From: Bacteroidales bacterium | Lineage (GTDB): Bacteria; Bacteroidota; Bacteroidia; Bacteroidales; SZUA-534 | Assembly (NCBI GenBank): GCA_046704385.1 | Contig: JBJKSB010000105.1 | Span: forward strand, 165 to 64,164 | DNA length: 64,000 nucleotides | Direction of reading: 5' to 3' | Shown: one piece after another, positions 46,748 to 57,399 of the stretch | How positions within the stretch are numbered: the stretch's first letter is position 1 | Layout: the number at the start of each line of letters is the position of its first letter | Position numbers and translations under genes: made by a program | The notes under the pieces: generated by a model | What the model saw: only the letters and a program-made list of their open reading frames with translations | Database searches by the model: none | What the model was told of the DNA's origin: nothing

Positions 46748-49036
46748 TTAATAGTTTATTTCAATTTTTTGACCCGGGGTACAAGTATTCTTCTTCCCGG
46801 TGATCTCGAAAATGTGAGATGATTTATTTTCTTTCAAAGCATCAATAACTACCTGGTTTTTGGTAATTTTTACATGGAATTGATCCAGTTTATAATTTAA
46901 GTTAAAACTAATGGCATCCCATTTTCGATATAGTTTCGGGTCAATAATAACCTTATCAGTATCGGTCCGGAGACCGGCAAAACCAAAAATGGCAGTCATC
47001 CATGCACCGCCATTGGCTGCCGGATGTGAGCCTCCCATGAAAATAGTACCTACAAACACTTTGTATTTTGCTTCAAGGTCAATTTTTGCAGTTTTTAAGA
47101 AGTAATTATAGGCATGATCCAGATCACCGTTTTCAGCGGCAACCATGGCGTAAGTACAGGCGCTCAGGCTCGATCCGTGTTCGGTTTTAGGCTCATAATA
47201 CTTCCAGTTGGCAAGTTTTATTTCTTTTGAAAACCGGTCGCTAAAAAAGCTTAACATGTAAACCACATCAGCCTGTTTAATTACTTTGGTAGGTACCGCC
47301 AATCCCTGGCCTGCACCCATGTATTCATCAGGATGCATTTTTTGGGAAACCAGGTCATCAATTTTTACATCCTTAAGTTTAAAGTAGGCATCAAATTGTT
47401 CAATTATACCGTCCTTGTTGGGTTGAGGCACATATAACAATTTTTCAGTTTCGGCAAAAAGCGGGAGTTCATTTTCAATATCAATCTTTTTAATTAATTC
47501 CTTTAGTTTTTCCGGATAATTGGTTTTAAGATATTCAACGGTTTTGTTGGCAACCTCAAAGGTAACTTTGGCCACCATATTGGTAAAGGCATTATTATTC
47601 ACCCTCTCGTGAAATTCATCAGGGCCAATCACATCAAGTATTTCATATCTGTTTTTGTCTTTCTTAAAGTAGGCGTAGGAATAATAAAACCGGGCACATT
47701 CCAGTATAACTTCAGCGCCGCCATTAAGAAGCAGCGAGTCATCGCTGGTAATTTTAAAATATTCCCACATGGCAATGGCCACATCTCCGCTTATGTGAAC
47801 CTGTTTATCCCTGAAATGGGTGCGGAGTAACCGTCCCGTATGTGGGTCACCAATATTAAAGTAAGTACAGGCATCATCACCGGTTTCCTGGCTTTCCCAG
47901 GCATAAAAAGCACCTCTGAATCCAATGCTTTCGGTTTGTGCTTTTCTGCGGGCACCATCAAGTGTATTTATTCTGTATTGTAATAATTCAACCGCTTTTT
48001 CGGGATAAGTACGAACAAAGAATGGAAACATAAACATTTCGGTATCCCAAAAAATCGCCCCTTTATAAACCTGGCCGGAAAGAGCCCGGGCAGGGATTGA
48101 GCTGGCACTTCCTTTTACGGGAGCCACCATTAAAAGCTGGAAAATACTATATCGTAAGGCATGTTGGGCTTCGTTGTCGCCTTCAATCAGCACATCGCAT
48201 TTTTGCCATTTTTGTTCCCATTCTGCATTGTGTTCCGCCAGGCATTGCGCAAAACCTTTATGGGCAGCCTTGTTAACCAGCTGGTGTGCTACTGTTTTTA
48301 CATCGTCATTAAAAGGATCGCCCTCTTTAACCACAGCGATGTATTTATTATAAGTGTACTTTTTATCTGCTAAGGCCTGTATATTTATGGTCCTGAGATT
48401 ATAATTATTTTTCACCTTGTGCTGTTCAGTGCCATCGGAACAAACTATTAACTCCACTACGGCCAGCTTTTTACCTAATTCGTTGGTTTGGGCAGTTACC
48501 GACAAAATATTATCATTTTTTTCAGCTTTAATTTCCCTGAGGTGTGGTCCGTTTAAATCCCAGATGTTATAATCGATACCCGTATTTAATGTAACCAGAG
48601 AATCCTTGTCGATATTAAAACTGTACTCAACAACCATCAAATTAGGTGTTAAAGCGCTTAAAAACCTTTTTGAATTCAGGGTTAGTATTTTATTATTAAC
48701 CTTGAAAACAGTAGTTCTTTCAAAAGATGCATTCTTTAGGTCGAGAACCTGGTGATGAGATATTATTTCCGTATCAAGGGCGGAGATTTCCATCCCGTCA
48801 ACAGTTATTTTTGAATAGGCACCATTGGGAGCATTTACGGGTTCCCGCCAGGCATCGCCAACCTGGTCAAACATTCCTGCCAGGGTGATCCCAACCAGTT
48901 GTTCGGGGCCAAATTCATCCAGGGTTCCCCGATAACCCATGTAGCCGTTCGATATCTGGAAAACATTGCCATTACGCATAATGTTTTCGGTGTCGTTAGT
49001 AAATTTATCAGATGTTACTTTCCACAAATCCATCAT
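46748..49036 (-). CDS. glycoside hydrolase family 65 enzyme (disaccharide phosphorylase-like; kojibiose, nigerose, maltose or trehalose type), cytoplasmic
   Basis: 762 aa with no signal peptide. Catalytic-acid region VIGPDEFHERVNNNAFTN (GH65 GPDEY..NNaYTN). HGSSLS segment resembling the phosphate-site SSLS of GH65 phosphorylases. Confidence 0.85.
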   Translation of the reverse strand: MMDLWKVTSDKFTNDTENIMRNGNVFQISNGYMGYRGTLDEFGPEQLVGITLAGMFDQVGDAWREPVNAPNGAYSKITVDGMEISALDTEIISHHQVLDLKNASFERTTVFKVNNKILTLNSKRFLSALTPNLMVVEYSFNIDKDSLVTLNTGIDYNIWDLNGPHLREIKAEKNDNILSVTAQTNELGKKLAVVELIVCSDGTEQHKVKNNYNLRTINIQALADKKYTYNKYIAVVKEGDPFNDDVKTVAHQLVNKAAHKGFAQCLAEHNAEWEQKWQKCDVLIEGDNEAQHALRYSIFQLLMVAPVKGSASSIPARALSGQVYKGAIFWDTEMFMFPFFVRTYPEKAVELLQYRINTLDGARRKAQTESIGFRGAFYAWESQETGDDACTYFNIGDPHTGRLLRTHFRDKQVHISGDVAIAMWEYFKITSDDSLLLNGGAEVILECARFYYSYAYFKKDKNRYEILDVIGPDEFHERVNNNAFTNMVAKVTFEVANKTVEYLKTNYPEKLKELIKKIDIENELPLFAETEKLLYVPQPNKDGIIEQFDAYFKLKDVKIDDLVSQKMHPDEYMGAGQGLAVPTKVIKQADVVYMLSFFSDRFSKEIKLANWKYYEPKTEHGSSLSACTYAMVAAENGDLDHAYNYFLKTAKIDLEAKYKVFVGTIFMGGSHPAANGGAWMTAIFGFAGLRTDTDKVIIDPKLYRKWDAISFNLNYKLDQFHVKITKNQVVIDALKENKSSHIFEITGKKNTCTPGQKIEINY

Positions 49037-49042
49037 AAAAAG

Positions 49043-50545
49043 TTAAGCCTTATCAAAATTATCTTTTACAAATAGCATTAATATTCCCGCCAAAATCATG
49101 GTAACACCTCCTAAAACAATGGTATAGATAGCCTGATTACCAAAAACACTTTTAAGTAATAATCCCAATATGGCTGAGGCAATTATTTGAGGGATTACAA
49201 TAAAAAAGTTGAAAATGCCCATGTAGATTCCCATCTTTTTTTGAGGCAGCGATCCGGCAAGTATAGCATAGGGAATAGTAAGTAAACTTGCCCAGGCAAT
49301 ACCAATTCCAATCATTGAAATTATTAACCACGCGGGATCTTTAAAAAGAAACCATGAAATTAACCCTAACCCGCCAATTATCAGGCACACCGTATGGGTC
49401 AAAACCCGTCCTATTTTTTTTGCGATGGACGGGATTAAAAAAGCTATTATTGCTGCCACGCCGTTATAAACGGCCATTAACACACCTACCCAATTGGCTC
49501 CTTCATTATAAATAGCCGATGACGGATCGGTGTTGTGATAATGAAAGCTGGTAACTGCTTGTGTACAATAGATAAACATAGCAAATAATCCGAACCAGGT
49601 AAGCATTTGCACCCAGGCCAGCTTTTTCATTACTATTGGCATATTTTTCATATCGTGTATAATCTCAACCATATCCGATATTTTACCTTTGCTGTAACTG
49701 TTTGCTGCTAATATTTGCAGGATTCCATAAACTACAAGTATTATTGATAAAATATACAGTCCGGGATAAAGAGATAACAGATTTACAAAAAGCGTTAAAA
49801 CAGCCCCACCTGCTACTAAAAGCAAGCCTTGTTTATTATAGCCGGATTTATTTATATTAAGCTGATTTGCAGTTGTTTCCGAAGCGTTTTCTTTTTCAGC
49901 ATCAAAGGCTGCCATTTCTTCCGGTGTGTATTCTTTGGTTCTGATAATGGTCCACATAACGGCCAGCAAAAATACGATCCCGCCAAGGTAGAACGACCAT
50001 TTAACCGAGGCCGGAATTTCGCCTGCCGGAGCAGTATTGCCCACACCAAACCAATTAGCCAGGATGTAGGGTAAGAGCGATGCTACAACCGAACTGGTTC
50101 CAATAAAAAAGGTCTGAACCGCAAATCCTTTGGTTTGCTGATCTTCAGGCAGCATATCGCCAATGAATGCCCGGAAGGGTTGCATACTCATATTAATGGA
50201 ACCATCCATTATCCAGAGCATACCAGCGGCCACCCATAATGCCGGCGAATTTGGCATAATAAATAGTGATAAAGAAGCCAGAAGAGCTCCCATCAGGAAA
50301 TATGGTTTTCGTCGGCCCAGGCGGTTCCATGTTTTGTCGCTCATATGGCCAATTACAGGGTGCACAATCAGTCCTGTAATGGGACCGGCAATCCAAAGGA
50401 TAGGAATATTTTCAACATGGGCTCCCAGGGTTTCAAAAATGCGGCTTACATTGGCATTTTGGAGGGCGAATCCAAATTGGATTCCCAGGTACCCAAAGCT
50501 CATATTCCATAATTGCCAGAAGTTTAAGTGGGGTTTCTTTACCAT
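49043..50545 (-). CDS. MFS sugar transporter (SLC45 / GPH sucrose-maltose symporter-like)
   Basis: 500 aa with 12 predicted hydrophobic spans and the signature DKTWNRLGRRKPYF (RxGRR motif). Confidence 0.85.
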   Translation of the reverse strand: MVKKPHLNFWQLWNMSFGYLGIQFGFALQNANVSRIFETLGAHVENIPILWIAGPITGLIVHPVIGHMSDKTWNRLGRRKPYFLMGALLASLSLFIMPNSPALWVAAGMLWIMDGSINMSMQPFRAFIGDMLPEDQQTKGFAVQTFFIGTSSVVASLLPYILANWFGVGNTAPAGEIPASVKWSFYLGGIVFLLAVMWTIIRTKEYTPEEMAAFDAEKENASETTANQLNINKSGYNKQGLLLVAGGAVLTLFVNLLSLYPGLYILSIILVVYGILQILAANSYSKGKISDMVEIIHDMKNMPIVMKKLAWVQMLTWFGLFAMFIYCTQAVTSFHYHNTDPSSAIYNEGANWVGVLMAVYNGVAAIIAFLIPSIAKKIGRVLTHTVCLIIGGLGLISWFLFKDPAWLIISMIGIGIAWASLLTIPYAILAGSLPQKKMGIYMGIFNFFIVIPQIIASAILGLLLKSVFGNQAIYTIVLGGVTMILAGILMLFVKDNFDKA

Positions 50546-50670
50546 TCTGATTTAATTAAAATTGTATTTAAAAAGTACCGTATTGTTTAGTTCAGTTATA
50601 TAATAATTCGGGTTTGGGTACTTTCCGACACCCAATTTTTAATGTTTTCACTTATAAAAAAGCAAGGTAA

Positions 50671-50706
50671 AATGGCACTTGTTATTTGTTAAAAACAAGC
50701 GCCATT
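50671..50706 (-). terminator. hairpin terminator downstream of the SusD-like gene
   Basis: AATGGCACTTGTT (50671..50683) pairs with AACAAGCGCCATT (50694..50706), 13 bp with one mismatch. On the minus strand it is followed by a T-rich stretch (TTTACCTTGCTTTTTT). Confidence 0.6.
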
Positions 50707-50723
50707 TTTTGCACCAACAACTA

Positions 50724-52229
50724 TTAATATCCGGGGTTTTGATGAAGTTTGCTATTTTTATCTATTTCAGACTGAGGAATTGGGAATAATGCCATGTCTT
50801 TTGAACATGCGGGTTGCTCCCAATTGGCCTGAAAATAGGTTCCAAATCTTATATTTACTGAACGGCGGATACCTTCAAACAAGAATTCATGCAACCATTC
50901 CTTATCCAGAAAATCGAGGGTTATATCAGGAGTACTGGTTAATCCGGCACGGGTTCTGATTTCAGACACCAGTGGTTTAGCCGCTGCAGCGTTACCTAAA
51001 CGAACTAAACACTCGGCTTTCATCATTAAGATTTCAGAATAACGCATTAATACCCAGTCGTAGTCGCGTTCGGCCACATCGGTAGGTGTATATTTATATT
51101 TGGCAAGCCTGCAACCTTCACCTTCAGTGGCGCTGTTAATATCAGCAATGGTTTCGCAATAATCAAGCAGGTTGCCTTTCCGGTCTTTAATAGTATCGCC
51201 GGTTGTAATATTAATCTGGTAACCTTCCATCAAAGAACCAATTCTTTTATCACCGGGTTCAAATGAAGAATAAATACCCGGAGTAGCACATGGTCCGTTT
51301 ACGTTAAACCCGCCCCATGAAGGAGATGATGAAACAGCCTGCCACTGGTTATAATGATAGCATAATGAAAGCAGGTAATTACCAATAGTACCTTCTTTAT
51401 GATCAAAAGGTATGCTCCAGATTATTTCCTTTGATTGATCGTTGGTTGAAATAAAACTATTAAAGATATCAGATTCCAGGGTGTAACCGGAAACCTTATC
51501 ACAGGCATCAATACAGGCCTGCCACTTGGGAGTTCCAATAAATGCCTCTGAGTTAATGTATAAACGGGCCAACAACGTATTTGCCACATTTTGGGTAAAC
51601 CGGCCGTATTCAATACCTGGTTGCAGTTTATCCATAATATCGAGTAATTCAGATTCTACAAATTGATAAACCTGGGCTCTGGGAACATTAGTTGCAGTGC
51701 TGTCTACCTCAAATGAAGTAGTAATAGGAACGTTTCCAAACCAGTCGAGCAAAAGGTAGTAATAATAAGCACGAACACCTCTGATTTCTGCTTTTGCTAT
51801 ATCTTCATCTGCTTTTGGCAGGCCACCCTGTTCAATAGACTGGATTACAAAGTTACAGGTTGAAATCCCTGAATAACAGTATTTCCAGGCACCCAAAACC
51901 ATATCATTATTCGGATCAAGTTCATGGTGTTGAGCCTGCATATATCGGCCACCATCATACCAGTCACCATTTCGGTTCGGTACCACAAATTCATCGGAAA
52001 CCGCTTCATTTACAAAGTAAATATATTCGCTGGCCGGATAGCAACTTGATATTCCGTCATTAAAACCGCGTAACGAAGCATAAGCGCTACCGGCAATTGT
52101 TTTAATTTCTGCGGGAGTAGTTCCATAATCTGAAGAAGGTACCACACTGTAGAAGTCCTCTTCAAGGTCGGTACAGGCTGCTGCTGCCAGAGCTAAAACA
52201 CCTGCTATTATGATTGATTTTATATTCAT
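50724..52229 (-). CDS. SusD/RagB family nutrient-binding outer-membrane lipoprotein
   Basis: 501 aa with lipobox LALAAAAC. TPR-like helical core and typical elements (RAYYYYLLLDWFGNVP, RYSEILMMKAECL, FPIPQSEID.N). Confidence 0.9.
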   Translation of the reverse strand: MNIKSIIIAGVLALAAAACTDLEEDFYSVVPSSDYGTTPAEIKTIAGSAYASLRGFNDGISSCYPASEYIYFVNEAVSDEFVVPNRNGDWYDGGRYMQAQHHELDPNNDMVLGAWKYCYSGISTCNFVIQSIEQGGLPKADEDIAKAEIRGVRAYYYYLLLDWFGNVPITTSFEVDSTATNVPRAQVYQFVESELLDIMDKLQPGIEYGRFTQNVANTLLARLYINSEAFIGTPKWQACIDACDKVSGYTLESDIFNSFISTNDQSKEIIWSIPFDHKEGTIGNYLLSLCYHYNQWQAVSSSPSWGGFNVNGPCATPGIYSSFEPGDKRIGSLMEGYQINITTGDTIKDRKGNLLDYCETIADINSATEGEGCRLAKYKYTPTDVAERDYDWVLMRYSEILMMKAECLVRLGNAAAAKPLVSEIRTRAGLTSTPDITLDFLDKEWLHEFLFEGIRRSVNIRFGTYFQANWEQPACSKDMALFPIPQSEIDKNSKLHQNPGY

Positions 52230-52279
52230 GTTTTTATATTTATTTGTTGATAAATATTATTGTTTAGTATACACAACCT

Positions 52280-55255
52280 TTAAAAGGTACAGCTTAGTCC
52301 GAATGTAAATGTCCGTGGTCGCGGATAAACATTAAACCAGTCAATTCCGGGACTTGCTAAAGAACTTACTCTTCCTTCATTCGGATCGTACGATTCAATA
52401 TTGATTTCAGGATCGAGTCCGGTATATTTTGTGATCACAAATAAATTCTCACCGGTAGCAAACAACCGGATTTTTTCAATTCCTATATTCTTGAATTTGA
52501 AAGTGTATCCGATGGTTAATGACTGAAGTCTGAAGAAAGATGCATCTTCAATCCAGTAGTCGCTGTAAGTAGCACTGGCTGTAATGCTATCTTCGAACAT
52601 CCGTGGTTGAACATTATATTGAGGAAAACGGGAATAATCGTTCAGGGCCATAGAGGTTGCATTCAGTACTTTTTGACCGAAAAGGCCATAAGTTGAAATG
52701 CTAAAATCAAAGTTTTTGAACGTTCCACCTGTGCTTAATCCTAAGCTAAATTTAGGCTGGGCATTTCCCAGGTCGGTACGTAAACTGTCACCGGGCAATG
52801 TCTTTAATACATCACCATTAACGTTCAGGAATTTTCCGTTTTCATCAAGTCCTAAAGTATGCTGACCCCAGAAAGTACCTACAGCATAACCTTCGCGGAT
52901 GGTTTGCGAGTATTCATTTGACATACCGCGGATACCATGTAAATCACCGGAAGGTACAGCATCAGTCTCAAACAAAGCACCGGAAAGTTTATCAATTTTC
53001 ATGATATTTTTAGCTAATGAAAGATTCACATCCCAACGGAAATCACTGTTTTGCATAATGTTATAATTTAATGCCAATTCAATACCTTTATTAGAAAGGT
53101 CGCCAACATTAGCCAAAGTTGTATTATATAAATTTGGTGGCTGAGGTACGGCATATTCAAATATCAGGTCGCTGGTTAATTTTTTGTACAGATCAAGCGT
53201 GGCTGACAACTTGTTAAATATGCTTACATCGATTCCAAAGTTGGTTTGTGAAGTTGATTCCCATTTTAAATTGGGGTTGGAATTTTGAATTGGTTTGTAG
53301 GCAGCTTTCCAGGTTCCGGTTGCAGGATCATAGTATTTACCACCTTCAGTACCGAGCAAAGCTAAGCTCTTATAAGGAGAAATTGCTTCCTGGCTACCAG
53401 TAACACCGTAACCGGCACGTATTTTTGCATAATTTAACCAGCTGGATGCAAAATCCATAAACGATTCATCGGAAATTTTCCAGGCTGCAGCAACTGATGG
53501 GAATAACCCCCATTTGTTGTTTTCACCAAATTTGCTTGAACCATCACGACGTATTGTTGCGGTTAATACATATTTGCTGTTAAAGCTGTAATTTACACGG
53601 CCAAAGAATGAAATCAGTTTTGAATTTGACTTATAAGAATTTACATCAGTTGAGCGGGCATCAATACCGGCACCCAGGTTATTGTATTTAAACAGGTCGG
53701 TATCAAAACTTCTTCTTTCAGCGCCAAATCCCTCATAAGTTTCGTCAAGATAGGAATAACCGGCCATAACATTTATCCGGTGGGCGGCTGCAAATTCTTT
53801 TTCGTAATTCAGGTAGGTTTCTAACTGAAGATTGGTACCATCATCAACCGAACGTCTTGCATAACCAATGTCAGCAGCACCATATTTTGAATAGGTTGGA
53901 TAATAAAGCCGGGTTTGATTCGTATTGTATTGATACGAAGTATTTACAATGTATTTCAAACCATCTATAATCTCTAATTCTGCTTTTGCATAACCGAGTA
54001 ACCTCTTTCTGGAATTATCATGGACCCCATTTTTTAAAATTTCAACCGGGTTAAGAGATTCATTGTTATCAGTCTGGAAATAATTCCCCAATGAATCATA
54101 AATTGGAGAGGTTGGATTTAAAAGATATGCATTTGAGTAAACCTGATCAACCGGGTTATATTCATCAAAAGTTGAGTGGATACCCATATCAAGTTTAAGT
54201 TTATTATTAAACCCATAGGTATAACCTGAGATGCTTGCTCCCAACCGTTTTAAACGTGAAGTTAATACTATGCCCTGATTATCAAGGTAACTTAATGAGG
54301 CACGGTAACCGCCGCTTTCAACATTATTGCTGAATGCTACGGTGTGCGATTGTGAAAATGAGTTTTGTGTAATAGCTTTTTGCCAATCGGTATCGCCACC
54401 AAAGTCAACTGCTTTTTTATTACCGGTTTCTTCTACTTTTTGCCTCCATTCATCGGCAGTTAATAAATCAAGATATTTAGCCTGTTTGCCAAAAGCGAAA
54501 TAATTCGAATATTCTACATGTTTGCCTTTGTTGGAGCGGGTGGTAGTAATAATTATAACACCGTTTGCTCCTCTCGATCCATAAATAGCCGCAGCAGAAG
54601 CATCTTTCAATACATCAACTGATGCAATATCGGACGGTGAAATAGAGTTAATATCTGCACCAGGTATTCCATCAATAACCACCAGTGGAGTACTACTTGC
54701 TATTAATGAAGTACCTCCACGTAAACGCATGGTTGCTCCTGCAGTCGGGTCACCCGATCCTCTTATTACTGTTAATCCGGCCACTTTACCTTGTAAAGCC
54801 TGTTCGGTTGTGGTTATAACCCCTTTGTTCAAATCTTTGGCTGCAACAGTTGATATTGATCCGGTAAGGTCCGATTTACGCATGGTTCCGTAACCCACTA
54901 CAACCACTTCATCAAGTTTGGCAATATCTTCAGTTAGAATAACATTAAGCGGTTGTCCTGGTGTTACCCCGGTTACCACTGTACTAAACCCAATAAATGA
55001 GACAGCTAACGAATCGGTTGACATACAATCGATTGAAAAACTACCATCAGGTGTAGATATTGTACCGTTTGTAGTACCAACTATCATAATGGTAGCGCCG
55101 GGTATGGGTGCTCCGGTCTGATCTTTTACCATACCGGTAATGGTCGTTTTATTCTGAGCAAACAAATGGCTGCTCATCACTATCATGCAAAAAGCAAGAA
55201 GTAGTGATTGTACTATAAAAAAGTATCTTTTTTTAGTAGATGTTTTCATATTCAA
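52280..55255 (-). CDS. SusC/RagA family TonB-linked outer-membrane transporter
   Basis: 991 aa. Signal peptide, CarboxypepD_reg-like ([23 protein letters not shown]), plug ([10 protein letters not shown]...RLRGGTSL....PLVVIDGIP.....[34 protein letters not shown]) and a barrel ending FTFGLSCTF. No STN domain. Confidence 0.95.
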   Translation of the reverse strand: [991 protein letters not shown]

Positions 55256-55624
55256 TTTTTTTGTTAATAGTTATTTGAATCGTCATTAAATAAATTAGTG
55301 CATTCATGATGAATAGTGTGCTGTGACGTAAGGTTTAATTCTGGCGATCAGGTTTATTTCCTTATTTAAATATGTATCGGAGCGACACAACTGCCATCTA
55401 CGTATTTTTTAAACCCCTGAAAGCAGGTTGAAAAAATTCGTAGCCATATTAGTTCTTCCAGTTTCATAAAATCAGTAATTAGTTAGTATTTTTTAGGTTC
55501 AGATGCATTAGCGTGCAAACGTTTTTTCCCCTTATTTTTTTACCTAAATCAAAATTACAGTACCATCAAACTAAAATGAATATTTTCAGAAGGAATCTAG
55601 ATATTTGCAAATAAGATAAAGTCT

Positions 55625-55649
55625 TATATGGTTGACAAACAGCCATATA
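55625..55649 (-). terminator. hairpin about 100 nt downstream of the regulator gene (possible terminator)
   Basis: TATATGGTTG (55625..55634) pairs with CAGCCATATA (55640..55649), one G-U pair, 5-nt loop. The downstream minus-strand sequence is only moderately T-rich. Confidence 0.35.
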
Positions 55650-55752
55650 AATTATACAGGGCTCTTAAAAAATATAGATGATTTATAAAGGAATTGCGGA
55701 ATATACCTGGTCTTTAATCCGGGAAACCGATCAAAATTTATCAGAATATAGT

Positions 55753-57399
55753 TTACATGGCTTTTATGGCCATTATATAATCATCAAACTGGTCGCGCGA
55801 TACAATTGTTTTTTGTTTTAATTTGGTTTTATAGGTGTAAATAGTATTTACCGAATAGTTTAAAAACTTGGCTATTTTTTCACTATCTGAAATACCGAGC
55901 CGTATTAAAGCAAATATGCGCAAGTCGGTATTTAAAAGCTCATCATGTTCTGCTACAATTTGGTCTTCGGGGGCAAATAATTTATTAAATTCCTCGATAA
56001 AGTTTGGAAACAGTTTTAGAAAAATCCTGTCGAAGTTTTTGTACAGGTTTTCCCTTTCTTTATGCAGGTCCGAAGGCTTAATAATATTACTTAAATCATC
56101 AAATTGGCGAGATGTAATTTTCCGGTTAATCGTTTTTTGATAATGTTCAAGCCGGTCAATAAATTCTGAATTAATGTTGAAAAAATAACCAATGTACTCT
56201 TCCTTGATTTTGTTGGTTTCAAGCAGCATCTCATTCATGCTTTGTAAACTACTGTTTGTTGTCTGCAAAATTTGGCGGATGGCTTTTAAATTACGCAGCT
56301 GCTTATAAATAATTATGGCAAACAGGGTAACCAGGAAAATAAGAATTGTGGTTATGAAACCATAATTTAATAATTGCTTTCGTTGCGTTTCGAGTGTGGT
56401 TAAACGCTTACCTTCAATAATGGGAAGCACTTCGCTGATTTCAATTTTTCGGTGACGGGCGTTGTAAAATGTTGCATTGTCGAGCGCAATATTTATGTAT
56501 TTAAACGCCAGGTCGAGTTTACCCTGCTTGTACAAAATCACTGCTAAATTTCTTAAGGCTACGGTTTCCTTGGTTGACGATTTAATATCGGCAATCGCAG
56601 CCTTTATGAGCATGTCAACCGCATCATTTTCCCGGTTCAAAAGGGTATAAATCCATCCTAAACTTGAAGTTGATATAGCGTAATCGTGCTGTGATATTTT
56701 AAAATGGCTCACTGCATAATTAAAAGCATCTGCGGAACTCTGGTAATCATCCGACTTCATTCGCCTGAGTCCTGATGCGAGCCAGTATTGTGCTGTGGTA
56801 TCCGATAGCAGGGCAATTTCGTCATCAAGAATCTGATTGCCTTTCGATCTGTAAATCTTCGAATAGAATTTATCATTATGGTAATCGCCTAAATCATAGT
56901 AAGTTCGTGCCAATACATTGTAATAGTTTATTTTTGTTTGGGTACTAAAGGTTTTTACGTTCATGCTTAGCAATGTGTCGAGTGCTTCCTTAAATAATCC
57001 TGAGGATAAAAATGTAAAACCCAGCTCGATTTTTGATTGGTTAATATATTCCTGATTATTTAATTCATCGGCCATTGTAATCATGGTTTTCACATATTTA
57101 AATGCGGAATCGTAAATATAGGATTGGTACTCTTCATAAAGACGGTTAGTCAATTCAAATTCAAGAATTTTATTGCCTTTATTTCGTGTGGCATCAAGTT
57201 CATCCATTAAATATTTAATCCGCTGAACTTTGGCTTGTTCAAATTCATCCTTCTTTTTTAGGGTTTGCTCAAGGTCAGAAAGTAATTTAGCTGTATTATT
57301 GCCGGCATATACGTTTACCGATGACCCCAGAAAAGTAATAAACAGGTAAAGCAATGATAGTATCTGATATAATTTTTTTGATAAAGGAGAAAAACCCAT
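55753..57399 (-). CDS. membrane-spanning TPR sensor with a C-terminal helix-turn-helix (DUF6377-like putative PUL regulator)
   Basis: 548 aa. N-terminal signal/anchor, ~300-aa TPR-like helical region, a second TM at aa 345-366 (56302..56367), a coiled coil, then the HTH LNTDLRIFALIRLGISDSEKIAKFLNYSVNTIYTYKTKLKQK (55810..55938). Confidence 0.7.
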   Translation of the reverse strand: MGFSPLSKKLYQILSLLYLFITFLGSSVNVYAGNNTAKLLSDLEQTLKKKDEFEQAKVQRIKYLMDELDATRNKGNKILEFELTNRLYEEYQSYIYDSAFKYVKTMITMADELNNQEYINQSKIELGFTFLSSGLFKEALDTLLSMNVKTFSTQTKINYYNVLARTYYDLGDYHNDKFYSKIYRSKGNQILDDEIALLSDTTAQYWLASGLRRMKSDDYQSSADAFNYAVSHFKISQHDYAISTSSLGWIYTLLNRENDAVDMLIKAAIADIKSSTKETVALRNLAVILYKQGKLDLAFKYINIALDNATFYNARHRKIEISEVLPIIEGKRLTTLETQRKQLLNYGFITTILIFLVTLFAIIIYKQLRNLKAIRQILQTTNSSLQSMNEMLLETNKIKEEYIGYFFNINSEFIDRLEHYQKTINRKITSRQFDDLSNIIKPSDLHKERENLYKNFDRIFLKLFPNFIEEFNKLFAPEDQIVAEHDELLNTDLRIFALIRLGISDSEKIAKFLNYSVNTIYTYKTKLKQKTIVSRDQFDDYIMAIKAM

